Source: Azolla caroliniana (taxonomy: Eukaryota; Plantae; Polypodiophyta). From it: a DNA stretch of 64,000 nt. Below the pieces are notes generated by a model. The model made no database searches. It was not told the origin of the DNA and saw nothing but the letters and a program-made list of their open reading frames with translations. Where the stretch lies: assembly GCA_043228905.1 (NCBI GenBank), contig JBHGNT010000007.1:1-64000 (forward strand), given 5' to 3'. Every line of letters starts with the position of its first letter. Position 1 is the stretch's first letter. This document shows, one piece after another, positions 37,801-52,800 of the stretch. The position numbers and the translations under genes were made by a program.

Positions 37801-40800
37801 TAGCGTTCTTAGCTTCGTTTCGCATGTTTGAACAGAGAAATCCGAAATCACACGAGCCAGGTATGAACATTTTAATTTACTCACTGGCTCTTCTCAACTC
37901 CATTATCAAATAAGCTAATTTCCTCATGTCTCTCGACCTGGGTTTCAAAATCTTGATTTTTTAATTCTATATCATACCTAGCATTGTTAGCTTCGATTCG
38001 CATGTTTGAACGCAAAAATCCGATATCACAAGAGCCAGGTATGAACATTTTAATTTACTGACACACTCTTCTCCACTACCTCCTCAAATTTGCTAATTTC
38101 CTCATGTCTCTCGACCTGAGTTTCAAAATCTTGATTTTTTAATTTTATATCATAGCTAGCGTTGTTAGCTTCGATTCGCATGTTTGAACACAAAAAGCCG
38201 ATATCACACGAGCGAGGTATGAACATTTTAATTAATTGACACACTCTTCTCAACTACCTCCTCAAATAAGCTAATTTCCTCATGTCTCTCGACCTGAGTT
38301 TCAAAACCTTGAATTTTTAATTCTATATCATAGCTAGCGTTGTTAGCTTCGTTTCGCATGTTTGAACACAGAAATCCGATATCACACGAGCCAGGTATAA
38401 ACATTTTAATTTACTCACTGGCACTTCTCAACTCCATCCTCAAATAAGCTAATTTCCTCATGTCTCTCGACCTTGCTTTCAAAATCGTGAATTTTTACTT
38501 CTATATCATTTCTAGCGTTGTTTGCTTCGATTCGCATGTTTGAACACAAAAATCCGATATCACACGAGCAAGGTATGAACATTTTAATTTATTGGCACAC
38601 TTTTCTCCACTACCTCCTCAAATAAGCTAATTTCGTCATGTCTCTCGACCTTGCTAGCGTTGTTAGCTTCGTTTCGCATGTTTGAACACAGAAATCCGAT
38701 ATCACACGAGCCAGGTATAAACATTTTAATTTACTCACTGGCACTTCTCAACTCCATCCTCAAATAAGCTAATTTCCTCATGTCTCTCGACCTTGCTTTC
38801 AAAATCTCGAAATTTTACTTCTATATCATTGCTAGCGTTGTTAGCTTCGATTCGCATGTTTGAACACAAAAATCCGATATCACACGAGCGAGGTATGAAC
38901 ATTTTAATTTACTGACACACTCTTCTCCACTACCTCCTCAAATTTGCTAATTTCCTCATGTCTCTCGACTTGAGTTTCAAAATCTTGATTATTTATTTCC
39001 ATATCATAGCTAGCGTTGTTAGCTTCGTTTCGCATGTTTGAACAGAGAAATCCGAAATCACACGAGCCAGGTATGAACATTTTAATTTACTCACTGGCTC
39101 TTCTCAACTCCATTATCAAATAAGCTGATTTCCTCATGTCTCTCGACCTGGGTTTCAAAATCTTGATTTTTTAATTCTATATCATACCTAGCATTGTTAG
39201 CTTCGATTCGCATGTTTGAACGCAAAAATCCGATATCACAAGAGCCAGGTATGAACATTTTAATTTACTGACACACTCTTCTCCACTACCTCCTCAAATT
39301 TGCTAATTTCCTCATGTCTCTCGACCTGAGTTTCAAAATCTTGATTTTTTAATTTTATATCATAGCTTGCGTTGTTAGCTTCGATTCGCATGTTTGAACA
39401 CAAAAATCCGATATCACACGAGCCAGGTATAAACATTTTAATTTACTGACACACTCTTCTCCACTCCATCCCCAAATTTGCTAATTTCCTCATGTCTCTC
39501 GACCTCGGTTTCAAAATCTTGATTTTTTAATTCTATATCATAGCTAGCGTTGTTTGCTTCGATTCGCATGTTTGAACACAAAAATCCGATATCACACGAG
39601 CAAGGTATGAACATTTTAATTTACTGACACACTCTTCTCCACTACCTCCTCAAATTTGCTAATTTCCTCATGTCTCTCGACTTGAGTTTCAAAATCTTGA
39701 TTTTTTATTTCCATATCATAGCTAGCGTTGTTAGCTTCGTTTCGCATGTTTGAACAGAGAAATCCGATATCACACGAGCCAGGTATGAACATTTTAATTT
39801 ACTCACTGGCTCTTCTCAACTCCATCTTCAAATAAGCTAATTTCCTCATGTCTCTCGACCTGGGTTTCAAAATCTTGATTTTTTAATTCTATATCATAGC
39901 TAGCATTGTTAGCTTCGCTTCGCATGTTTGAACGCAAAAATCCGATATCACAAGAGCCAGGTATGAACATTTTAATTTACTGACACACTCTTCTCCACTA
40001 CCTCCTCAAATTTGCTAATTTTCCCATGTCTCTCGACCTGAGTTTCAAAATCTTGATTTTTTAATTTTATATCATTGCTAGCGTTGTTAGCTTCGATTCG
40101 CATGTTTGAACACAAAAATCCGATATCACACGAGCGAGGTATGAACATTTTAATTTACTGACACACTCTTCTCCACTACCTCCTCAAAATTTGCTAATTT
40201 CCTCATGTCTCTCGACCTGAGTTTCAAAATCTTGATTTTTTAATTTTATATCATAGCTAGCGTTGTTAGCTTCGTTTCGCATGTTTGAACACAGAAATCC
40301 GATATCACACGAGCCAGGTATAAACATTTTAATTTACTCACTGGCACTTCTCAACTCCATCCTCAAATAAGCTAATTTCCTCATGTCTCTCGACCTAGGT
40401 TTTAAAATCTTTCATTTTTAATTGTATATCATAGCTAGCGTTGTTAGCTTCGATTCGCATGTTTGAACACAAAAATCCGATATCACACGAGCGAGGTATG
40501 AACATTTTAATTTATTGACACACTCTTCTCCACTACCTCCTCAAATAAGCTAATTTCCTCATGTCTCTCGACCTGAGTTTCAAAACCTTGATTTTTTAAT
40601 TCTATATCATAGCTAGCGTTGTTAGCTTCGTTTCGCATGTTTGAACACAGAAATCCGATATCACACGAGCCAGGTATAAACATTTTAATTTACTCACTGG
40701 CACTTCTCAACTCCATCCTCAAATAAGCTAATTTCCTCATGTCTCTCGACCTTGCTTTCAAAATCTGGAATTTTTACTTCTATCATAGCTAGCGTTGTTA

Positions 40801-43800
40801 GCTTCGATTCGCATGTTTGAACACAAAAATCCGATATCACACGAGCCAGGTATGAACATTTTAATTTACTGACACACTCTTCTCCACTACCTCCCCAAAT
40901 TTGCTAATTTCCTCATGTCTCTCGACCTGAGTTTCAAAATCATGATTTTCTAATTCTATATCATAGCTAGCGTTGTTAGCTTCGTTTCGCATGTTTGAAC
41001 AGAGAAATCCGAAATCACACGAGCCAGGTATGAACATTTTAATTTACTCACTGGCTCTTCTCAACTCCATCTTCAAATAAGCTAATTTCCTCATGTCTCT
41101 CGACCTGGGTTTCAAAATCTTGATTTTTTAATTCTATATCATAGCTAGCATTGTTAGCTTCGCTTCGCATGTTTGAACGCAAAAATCCGATATCACAAGA
41201 GCCAGGTATGAACATTTTAATTTACTGACACACTCTTCTCCACTACCTCCTCAAATTTGCTAATTTCCTCATGTCTCTCGACCTGAGTTTCAAAATATTG
41301 ATTTTTTAATTTTATATCATAGCTAGCGTTCTTAGCTTCGATTCGCATGTTTGAACACAAAAATCCGATATCACACGAGCGAGGTATGAACATTTTAATT
41401 TATTGGCACACTTTTCTCCACTACCTCCTCAAATAAGCTAATTTCGTCATGTCTCTCGACCTGAGTTCCAAAACCTTGATTTTTTAATTCTATATCATAG
41501 CTAGCGTTGTTAGCTTCGTTTCGCATGTTTGAACACAGAAATCCGATATCACACGAGCCAGGTATAAACATTTTAATTTACTCACTGGCACTTCTCAACT
41601 CCATCCTCAAATAAGCTAATTTCCTCATGTCTCTCGACCTTGCTTTCAAAATCTCGAAATTTTACTTCTATATCATTGCTAGCGTTGTTAGCTTCGATTC
41701 GCATGTTTGAACCCAAAAATCCGATATCACACGAGCGAGGTATGAACATTTTAATTTACTGACACACTCTTCTCCACTACCTCCTCAAATTTGCTAATTT
41801 CCTCATGTCTCTCGACTTGAGTTTCAAAATCTTGATTATTTATTTCCATATCATAGCTAGCGTTGTTAGCTTCGTTTCGCATGTTTGAACAGAGAAATCC
41901 GAAATCACACGAGCCAGGTATGAACATTTTAATTTACTCACTGGCTCTTCTCAACTCCATTATCAAATAAGCTAATTTCCTCATGTCTCTCGACCTGGGT
42001 TTCAAAATCTTGATTTTTTAATTCTATATCATACCTAGCATTGTTAGCTTCGATTCGCATGTTTGAACGCAAAAATCCGATATCACAAGAGCCAGGTATG
42101 AACATTTTAATTTACTGACACACTCTTCTCCACTACCTCCTCAAATTTGCTAATTTCCTCATGTCTCTCGACCTGAGTTTCAAAATCTTGATTTTTTAAT
42201 TTTATATCATAGCTTGCGTTGTTAGCTTCGATTCGCATGTTTGAACACAAAAATCCGATATCACACGAGCGAGGTATGAACATTTTAATTTACTGACACA
42301 CTCTTCTCCACTACCTCCCCAAATTTGCTAATTTCCTCATGTCTCTCGACCTGAGTTTCAAAATCATGATTTTCTAATTCTATATCATAGCTAGCGTTGT
42401 TAGCTTCGATTCGCATGTTTGAACACAAAAATCCGATATCACACGAGCGAGGTATGAACATTTTAATTTTTTGGCACACTCTTCTCCACTACCTCCCCAA
42501 ATTTGCTAATTTCCTCATGTCTCTCGACCTTGCTTTCAAAATCTTGATTTTTTAATTTTATATCATAGCTAGCGTTCTTAGCTTCGATTCGCATGTTTGA
42601 ACACAAAAATCCGATATCACACGAGCCAGGTATGAACATTTTAATTTATTGGCACACTCTTCTCCACTACCTCCTCAAATAAGCTAATTTCGTCATGTCT
42701 CTCGACCTGAGTTCCAAAACCTTGATTTTTTAATTCTATATCATAGCTAGCGTTGTTAGCTTCGTTTCGCATGTTTGAACACAGAAATCCGATATCACAC
42801 GAGCCAGGTATAAACATTTTAATTTACTCACTGGCACTTCTCAACTCCATCCTCAAATAAGCTAATTTCCTCATGTCTCTCGACCTTGCTTTCAAAATCT
42901 CGAAATTTTACTTCTATATCATTGCTAGCGTTGTTAGCTTCGATTCGCATGTTTGAACACAAAAATCCGATATCACACGAGCGAGGTATGAATATTTTAA
43001 TTTACTGACACACTCTTCTCCACTACCTCCTCAAATTTGCTAATTTCCTCATGTCTCTCGACTTGAGTTTCAAAATCTTGATTATTTATTTCCATATCAT
43101 AGCTAGCGTTGTTAGCTTCGTTTCGCATGTTTGAACAGAGAAATCCGAAATCACACGAGCCAGGTATGAACATTTTAATTTACTCACTGGCTCTTCTCAA
43201 CTCCATTATCAAATAAGCAAATTTCCTCATGTCTCTCGACCTGGGTTTCAAAATCTTGATTTTTTAATTCTATATCATACCTAGCATTGTTAGCTTCGAT
43301 TCGCATGTTTGAACGCAAAAATCCGATATCACAAGAGCCAGGTATGAACATTTTAATTTACTGACACACTCTTCTCCACTACCTCCTCAAATTTGCTAAT
43401 TTCCTCATGTCTCTCGACCTGAGTTTCAAAATCTTGATTTTTTAATTTTATATCATAGCTAGCGTTGTTAGCTTCGATTCGCATGTTTGAACACAAAAAT
43501 CCGATATCACACGAGCGAGGTATGAACATTTTAATTAATTGACACACTCTTCTCCACTACCTCCTCAAATAAGCTAATTTCCTCATGTCTCTCGACCTGA
43601 GTTTCAAAACGTTGAATTTTTAATTCTATATCATAGCTAGCGTTGTTAGCTTCGTTTCGCATGTTTGAACACAGAAATCCGATATCACACGAGCCAGGTA
43701 TAAACATTTTAATTTACTCACTGGCACTTCTCAACTCCATCCTCAAATAAGCTAATTTCCTCATGTCTCTCGACCTTGCTTTCAAAATCGTGAATTTTTA

Positions 43801-46800
43801 CTTCTATATCATTTCTAGCGTTGTTTGCTTCGATTCGCATGTTTGAACACAAAAATCCGATATCACACGAGCAAGGTATGAACATTTTAATTTACTGACA
43901 CACTCTTCTCCACTACCTCCTCAAATTTGCTAATTTCCTCATGTCTCTCGACTTGAGTTTCAAAATCTTGATTTTTTATTTCCATATCATAGCTAGCGTT
44001 GTTAGCTTCGTTTCGCATGTTTGAACAGAGAAATCCGAAATCACACGAGCCAGGTATGAACATTTTAATTTACTCACTGGCTCTTCTCAACTCCATCTTC
44101 AAATAAGCTAATTTCCTCATGTCTCTCGACCTGGGTTTCAAAATCTTGATTTTTTAATTCTATATCATAGCTAGCATTGTTAGCTTCGCTTCGCATGTTT
44201 GAACGCAAAAATCCGATATCACACGAGCCAGATATAAACATTTTAATTTACTGACACACTCTTCTCCACTACCTCCTAAAATTTGCTAATTTCCTCATGT
44301 CTCTCGACCTGAGTTTCAAAATATTGATTTTTTAATTTTATATCATACCTAGCGTTCTTAGCTTCGATTCGCATGTTTGAACACAAAAATCCGATATCAC
44401 ACGAGCGAGGTATGAACATTTTAATTTATTGGCACACTCTTCTCCACTACCTCCTCAAATAAGCTAATTTCGTCATGTCTCTCGACCTGAGTTCCAAAAC
44501 CTTGATTTTTTAATTCTATATCATAGCTAGCGTTGTTAGCTTCGTTTCGCATGTTTGAACACAGAAATCCGATATCACACGAGCCAGGTATAAACATTTT
44601 AATTTACTCACTGGCACTTCTCAACTCCATCCTCAAATAAGCTAATTTCCTCATGTCTCTCGACCTTGCTTTCAAAATCTCGAAATTTTACTTCTATATC
44701 ATTGCTAGCGTTGTTAGCTTCGATTCGCATGTTTGAACACAAAAATCCGATATCACACGAGCGAGGTATGAACATTTTAATTTATTGGCACACTCTTCTC
44801 CACTACCTCCTCAAATAAGCTAATTTCGTCATGTCTCTCGACCTGAGTTCCAAAACCTTGATTTTTTAATTCTATATCATAGCTAGCGTTGTTAGCTTCG
44901 TTTCGCATGTTTGAACAGAGAAATCCGATATCACACGAGCCAGGTATAAACATTTTAATTTACTCACTGGCACTTCTCAACTCCATCCTCAAATAAGCTA
45001 ATTTCCTCATGTCTCTCGACCTTGCTTTCAAAATCTCGAAATTTTACTTCTATATCATTGCTAGCGTTGTTAGCTTCGATTCGCATGTTTGAACACAAAA
45101 ATCCGATATCACACGAGCGAGGTATGAACATTTTAATTTATTGGCACACTCTTCTCCACTACCTCCTCAAATAAGCTAATTTCGTCATGTCTCTCGACCT
45201 GAGTTCCAAAACCTTGATTTTTTAATTCTATATCATAGCTAGCGTTGTTAGCTTCGTTTCGCATGTTTGAACACAGAAATCCGATATCACACGAGCCAGG
45301 TATAAACATTTTAATTTACTCACTGGCACTTCTCAACTCCATCCTCAAATAAGCTAATTTCCTCATGTCTCTCGACCTTGCTTTCAAAATCTCGAAATTT
45401 TACTTCTATATCATTGCTAGCGTTGTTAGCTTCGATTCGCATGTTTGAACACAAAAATCCGATATCACACGAGCGAGGTATGAACATTTTAATTTATTGG
45501 CACACTCTTCTCCACTACCTCCTCAAATAAGCTAATTTCGTCATGTCTCTCGACCTGAGTTCCAAAACCTCGATTTTTTAATTCTATATCATAGCTAGCG
45601 TTGTTAGCTTCGTTTCGCATGTTTGAACACAGAAATCCGATATCACACGAGCCAGGTATAAACATTTTAATTTACTCACTGGCACTTCTCAACTCCATCC
45701 TCAAATAAGCTAATTTCCTCATGTCTCTCGACCTTGCTTTCAAAATCTCGAAATTTTACTTCTATATCATTGCTAGCGTTGTTAGCTTCGATTCGCATGT
45801 TTGAACACAAAAATCCGATATCACACGAGCGAGGTATGAACATTTTAATTTATTGGCACACTCTTCTCCACTACCTCCTCAAATAAGCTAATTTCGTCAT
45901 GTCTCTCGACCTGAGTTCCAAAACCTTGATTTTTTAATTCTATATCATAGCTAGCGTTGTTAGCTTCGTTTCGCATGTTTGAACACAGAAATCCGATATC
46001 ACACGAGCCAGGTATAAACATTTTAATTTACTCACTGGCACTTCTCAACTCCATCCTCAAATAAGCTAATTTCCTCATGTCTCTCGACCTTGCTTTCAAA
46101 ATCTCGAAATTTTACTTCTATATCATTGCTAGCGTTGTTAGCTTCGATTCGCATGTTTGAACACAAAAATCCGATATCACACGAGCGAGGTATGAACATT
46201 TTAATTTACTGACACACTCTTCTCCACTACCTCCTCAAATTTGCTAATTTCCTCATGTCTCTCGACTTGAGTTTCAAAATCTTGATTATTTATTTCCATA
46301 TCATAGCTAGCGTTGTTAGCTTCGTTTCGCATGTTTGAACAGAGAAATCCGAAATCACACGAGCCAGGTATGAACATTTTAATTTACTCACTGGCTCTTC
46401 TCAACTCCATTATCAAATAAGCAAATTTCCTCATGTCTCTCGACCTGTGTTTCAAAATCTTGATTTTTTAATTCTATATCACAAGAGCCAGGTATAAACA
46501 TTTTAATTTACTCACTGGCACTTCTCAACTCCATCCTCAAATAAGCTAATTTCCTCATGTCTCTCGACCTAGGTTTTAAAATCTTTCATTTTTAATTGTA
46601 TATCATAGCTAGCGTTGTTAGCTTCGATTCGCATGTTTGAACACAAAAATCCGATATCACACGAGCGAGGTATGAACATTTTAATTTACTGACACACTCT
46701 TCTCCACTACCTCCTCAAATTTGCTAATTTCCTCATGTCTCTCGACTTGAGTTTCAAAATCTTGATTATTTATTTCCATATCATAGCTAGCGTTGTTAGC

Positions 46801-49800
46801 TTCGTTTCGCATGTTTGAACAGAGAAATCCGAAATCACACGAGCCAGGTATGAAAATTTTAATTTACTCACTGGCTCTTCTCAACTCCATTATCAAATAA
46901 GCAAATTTCCTCATGTCTCTCGACCTGGGTTTCAAAATCTTGATTTTTTAATTCTATATCACAAGAGCCAGGTATAAACATTTTAATTTACTCACTGGCA
47001 CTTCTCAACTCCATCCTCAAATAAGCTAATTTCCTCATGTCTCTCGACCTAGGTTTTAAAATCTTTCATTTTTAATTGTATATCATAGCTAGCGTTGTTA
47101 GCTTCGATTCGCATGTTTGAACACAAAAATCCGATATCACACGAGCGAGGTATGAACATTTTAATTTACTGACACACTCTTCTCCACTACCTCCTCAAAA
47201 TTTGCTAATTTCCTCATGTCTCTCGACCTGAGTTCCAAAACCTTGATTTTTTAATTCTATATCATAGCTAGCGTTGTTAGCTTCGTTTCGCATGTTTGAA
47301 CACAGAAATCCGATATCACACGAGCCAGGTATAAACATTTTAATTTACTCACTGGCACTTCTCAACTCTATCCTCAAATAAGCTAATTTCCTCATGTCTC
47401 TCGACCTTGCTTTCAAAATCTCGAAATTTTACTTCTATATCATTGCTAGCGTTGTTAGCTTCGATTCGCATGTTTGAACACAAAAATCCGATATCACACG
47501 AGCGAGGTATGAACATTTTAATTTACTGACACACTCTTCTCCACTACCTCCTCAAATTTGCTAATTTCCTCATGTCTCTCGACTTGAGTTTCAAAATCTT
47601 GATTATTTATTTCCATATCATAGCTAGCGTTGTTAGCTTCGTTTCGCATGTTTGAACAGAGAAATCCGAAATCACACGAGCCAGGTATGAACATTTTAAT
47701 TTACTCACTGGCTCTTCTCAACTCCATTATCAAATAAGCTGATTTCCTCATGTCTCTCGACCTGGGTTTCAAAATCTTGATTTTTTAATTCTATATCATA
47801 CCTAGCATTGTTAGCTTCGATTCGCATGTTTGAACGCAAAAATCCGATATCACAAGAGCCAGGTATGAACATTTTAATTTACTGACACACTCTTCTCCAC
47901 TACCTCCTCAAATTTGCTAATTTCCTCATGTCTCTCGACCTGAGTTTCAAAATCTTGATTTTTTAATTTTATATCATAGCTTGCGTTGTTAGCTTCGATT
48001 CGCATGTTTGAACACAAAAATCCGATATCACACGAGCCAGGTATAAACATTTTAATTTACTGACACACTCTTCTCCACTCCATCCCCAAATTTGCTAATT
48101 TCCTCATGTCTCTCGACCTGGGTTTCAAAATCTTGATTTTTTAATTCTATATCATAGCTAGCGTTGTTTGCTTCGATTCGCATGTTTGAACACAAAAATC
48201 CGATATCACACGAGCAAGGTATGAACATTTTAATTTACTGACACACTCTTCTCCACTACCTCCTCAAATTTGCTAATTTCCTCATGTCTCTCGACTTGAG
48301 TTTCAAAATCTTGATTTTTTATTTCCATATCATAGCTAGCGTTGTTAGCTTCGTTTCGCATGTTTGAACAGAGAAATCCGATATCACACGAGCCAGGTAT
48401 GAACATTTTAATTTACTCACTGGCTCTTCTCAACTCCATCTTCAAATAAGCTAATTTCCTCATGTCTCTCGACCTGGGTTTCAAAATCTTGATTTTTTAA
48501 TTCTATATCATAGCTAGCATTGTTAGCTTCGCTTCGCATGTTTGAACGCAAAAATCCGATATCACAAGAGCCAGGTATGAACATTTTAATTTACTGACAC
48601 ACTCTTCTCCACTACCTCCTCAAATTTGCTAATTTTCCCATGTCTCTCGACCTGAGTTTCAAAATCTTGATTTTTTAATTTTATATCATTGCTAGCGTTG
48701 TTAGCTTCGATTCGCATGTTTGAACACAAAAATCCGATATCACACGAGCGAGGTATGAACATTTTAATTTACTGACACACTCTTCTCCACTACCTCCTCA
48801 AAATTTGCTAATTTCCTCATGTCTCTCGACCTGAGTTTCAAAATCTTGATTTTTTAATTTTATATCATAGCTAGCGTTGTTAGCTTCGTTTCGCATGTTT
48901 GAACACAGAAATCCGAAATCACACGAGCCAGGTATAAACATTTTAATTTACTCACTGGCACTTCTCAACTCCATCCTCAAATAAGCTAATTTCCTCATGT
49001 CTCTCGACCTAGGTTTTAAAATCTTTCATTTTTAATTGTATATCATAGCTAGCGTTGTTAGCTTCGATTCGCATGTTTGAACACAAAAATCCGATATCAC
49101 ACGAGCGAGGTATGAACATTTTAATTTATTGACACACTCTTCTCCACTACCTCCTCAAATAAGCTAATTTCCTCATGTCTCTCGACCTGAGTTTCAAAAC
49201 CTTGATTTTTTAATTCTATATCATAGCTAGCGTTGTTAGCTTCGTTTCGCATGTTTGAACACAGAAATCCGATATCACACGAGCCAGGTATAAACATTTT
49301 AATTTACTCACTGGCACTTCTCAACTCCATCCTCAAATAAGCTAATTTCCTCATGTCTCTCGACCTTGCTTTCAAAATCTGGAATTTTTACTTCTATCAT
49401 AGCTAGCGTTGTTAGCTTCGATTCGCATGTTTGAACACAAAAATCCGATATCACACGAGCCAGGTATGAACATTTTAATTTACTGACACACTCTTCTCCA
49501 CTACCTCCCCAAATTTGCTAATTTCCTCATGTCTCTCGACCTGAGTTTCAAAATCATGATTTTCTAATTCTATATCATAGCTAGCGTTGTTAGCTTCGTT
49601 TCGCATGTTTGAACAGAGAAATCCGAAATCACACGAGCCAGGTATGAACATTTTAATTTACTCACTGGCTCTTCTCAACTCCATCTTCAAATAAGCTAAT
49701 TTCCTCATGTCTCTCGACCTGGGTTTCAAAATCTTGATTTTTTAATTCTATATCATAGCTAGCATTGTTAGCTTCGCTTCGCATGTTTGAACGCAAAAAT

Positions 49801-52800
49801 CCGATATCACACGAGCGAGGTATGAACATTTTAATTTTTTGGCACACTCTTCTCCACTACCTCCCCAAATTTGCTAATTTCCTCATGTCTCTCGACCTTG
49901 CTTTCAAAATCTTGATTTTTTAATTTTATATCATAGCTAGCGTTCTTAGCTTCGATTCGCATGTTTGAACACAAAAATCCGATATCACACGAGCCAGGTA
50001 TGAACATTTTAATTTATTGGCACACTCTTCTCCACTACCTCCTCAAATAAGCTAATTTCGTCATGTCTCTCGACCTGAGTTCCAAAACCTTGATTTTTTA
50101 ATTCTATATCATAGCTAGCGTTGTTAGCTTCGTTTCGCATGTTTGAACACAGAAATCCGATATCACACGAGCCAGGTATAAACATTTTAATTTACTCACT
50201 GGCACTTCTCAACTCCATCCTCAAATAAGCTAATTTCCTCATGTCTCTCGACCTTGCTTTCAAAATCTCGAAATTTTACTTCTATATCATTGCTAGCGTT
50301 GTTAGCTTCGATTCGCATGTTTGAACACAAAAATCCGATATCACACGAGCGAGGTATGAATATTTTAATTTACTGACACACTCTTCTCCACTACCTCCTC
50401 AAATTTGCTAATTTCCTCATGTCTCTCGACTTGAGTTTCAAAATCTTGATTATTTATTTCCATATCATAGCTAGCGTTGTTAGCTTCGTTTCGCATGTTT
50501 GAACAGAGAAATCCGAAATCACACGAGCCAGGTATGAACATTTTAATTTACTCACTGGCTCTTCTCAACTCCATTATCAAATAAGCAAATTTCCTCATGT
50601 CTCTCGACCTGGGTTTCAAAATCTTGATTTTTTAATTCTATATCATACCTAGCATTGTTAGCTTCGATTCGCATGTTTGAACGCAAAAATCCGATATCAC
50701 AAGAGCCAGGTATGAACATTTTAATTTACTGACACACTCTTCTCCACTACCTCCTCAAATTTGCTAATTTCCTCATGTCTCTCGACCTGAGTTTCAAAAT
50801 CTTGATTTTTTAATTTTATATCATAGCTTGCGTTGTTAGCTTCGATTCGCATGTTTGAACACAAAAATCCGATATCACACGAGCGAGGTATGAACATTTT
50901 AATTTACTGACACACTCTTCTCCACTACCTCCCCAAATTTGCTAATTTCCTCATGTCTCTCGACCTGAGTTTCAAAATCATGATTTTTTAATTCTATATC
51001 ATAGCTAGCGTTGTTAGCTTCGATTCGCATGTTTGAACACAAAAATCCGATATCACACGAGCGAGGTATGAACATTTTAATTTTTTGGCACACTCTTCTC
51101 CACTACCTCCCCAAATTTGCTAATTTCCTCATGTCTCTCGACCTTGCTTTCAAAATCTTGATTTTTTAATTTTATATCATAGCTAGCGTTCTTAGCTTCG
51201 ATTCGCATGTTTGAACACAAAAATCCGATATCACACGAGCCAGGTATGAACATTTTAATTTATTGGCACACTCTTCTCCACTACCTCCTCAAATAAGCTA
51301 ATTTCGTCATGTCTCTCGACCTGAGTTCCAAAACCTTGATTTTTTAATTCTATATCATAGCTAGCGTTGTTAGCTTCGTTTCGCATGTTTGAACACAGAA
51401 ATCCGATATCACACGAGCCAGGTATAAACATTTTAATTTACTCACTGGCACTTCTCAACTCCATCCTCAAATAAGCTAATTTCCTCATGTCTCTCGACCT
51501 TGCTTTCAAAATCTCGAAATTTTACTTCTATATCATTGCTAGCGTTGTTAGCTTCGATTCGCATGTTTGAACACAAAAATCCGATATCACACGAGCGAGG
51601 TATGAATATTTTAATTTACTGACACACTCTTCTCCACTACCTCCTCAAATTTGCTAATTTCCTCATGTCTCTCGACTTGAGTTTCAAAATCTTGATTATT
51701 TATTTCCATATCATAGCTAGCGTTGTTAGCTTCGTTTCGCATGTTTGAACAGAGAAATCCGAAATCACACGAGCCAGGTATGAACATTTTAATTTACTCA
51801 CTGGCTCTTCTCAACTCCATTATCAAATAAGCAAATTTCCTCATGTCTCTCGACCTGGGTTTCAAAATCTTGATTTTTTAATTCTATATCATAGCTAGCA
51901 TTGTTAGCTTCGCTTCGCATGTTTGAACGCAAAAATCCGATATCACACGAGCCAGATATAAACATTTTAATTTACTGACACACTCTTCTCCACTACCTCC
52001 TAAAATTTGCTAATTTCCTCATGTCTCTCGACCTGAGTTTCAAAATATTGATTTTTTAATTTTATATCATACCTAGCGTTCTTAGCTTCGATTCGCATGT
52101 TTGAACACAAAAATCCGATATCACACGAGCGAGGTATGAACATTTTAATTTATTGGCACACTCTTCTCCACTACCTCCTCAAATAAGCTAATTTCGTCAT
52201 GTCTCTCGACCTGAGTTCCAAAACCTTGATTTTTTAATTCTATATCATAGCTAGCGTTGTTAGCTTCGTTTCGCATGTTTGAACAGAGAAATCCGATATC
52301 ACACGAGCCAGGTATAAACATTTTAATTTACTCACTGGCACTTCTCAACTCCATCCTCAAATAAGCTAATTTCCTCATGTCTCTCGACCTTGCTTTCAAA
52401 ATCTCGAAATTTTACTTCTATATCATTGCTAGCGTTGTTAGCTTCGATTCGCATGTTTGAACACAAAAATCCGATATCACACGAGCGAGGTATGAACATT
52501 TTAATTTATTGGCACACTCTTCTCCACTACCTCCTCAAATAAGCTAATTTCGTCATGTCTCTCGACCTGAGTTCCAAAACCTTGATTTTTTAATTCTATA
52601 TCATAGCTAGCGTTGTTAGCTTCGTTTCGCATGTTTGAACAGAGAAATCCGATATCACACGAGCCAGGTATAAACATTTTAATTTACTCACTGGCACTTC
52701 TCAACTCCATCCTCAAATAAGCTAATTTCCTCATGTCTCTCGACCTTGCTTTCAAAATCTCGAAATTTTACTTCTATATCATTGCTAGCGTTGTTAGCTT

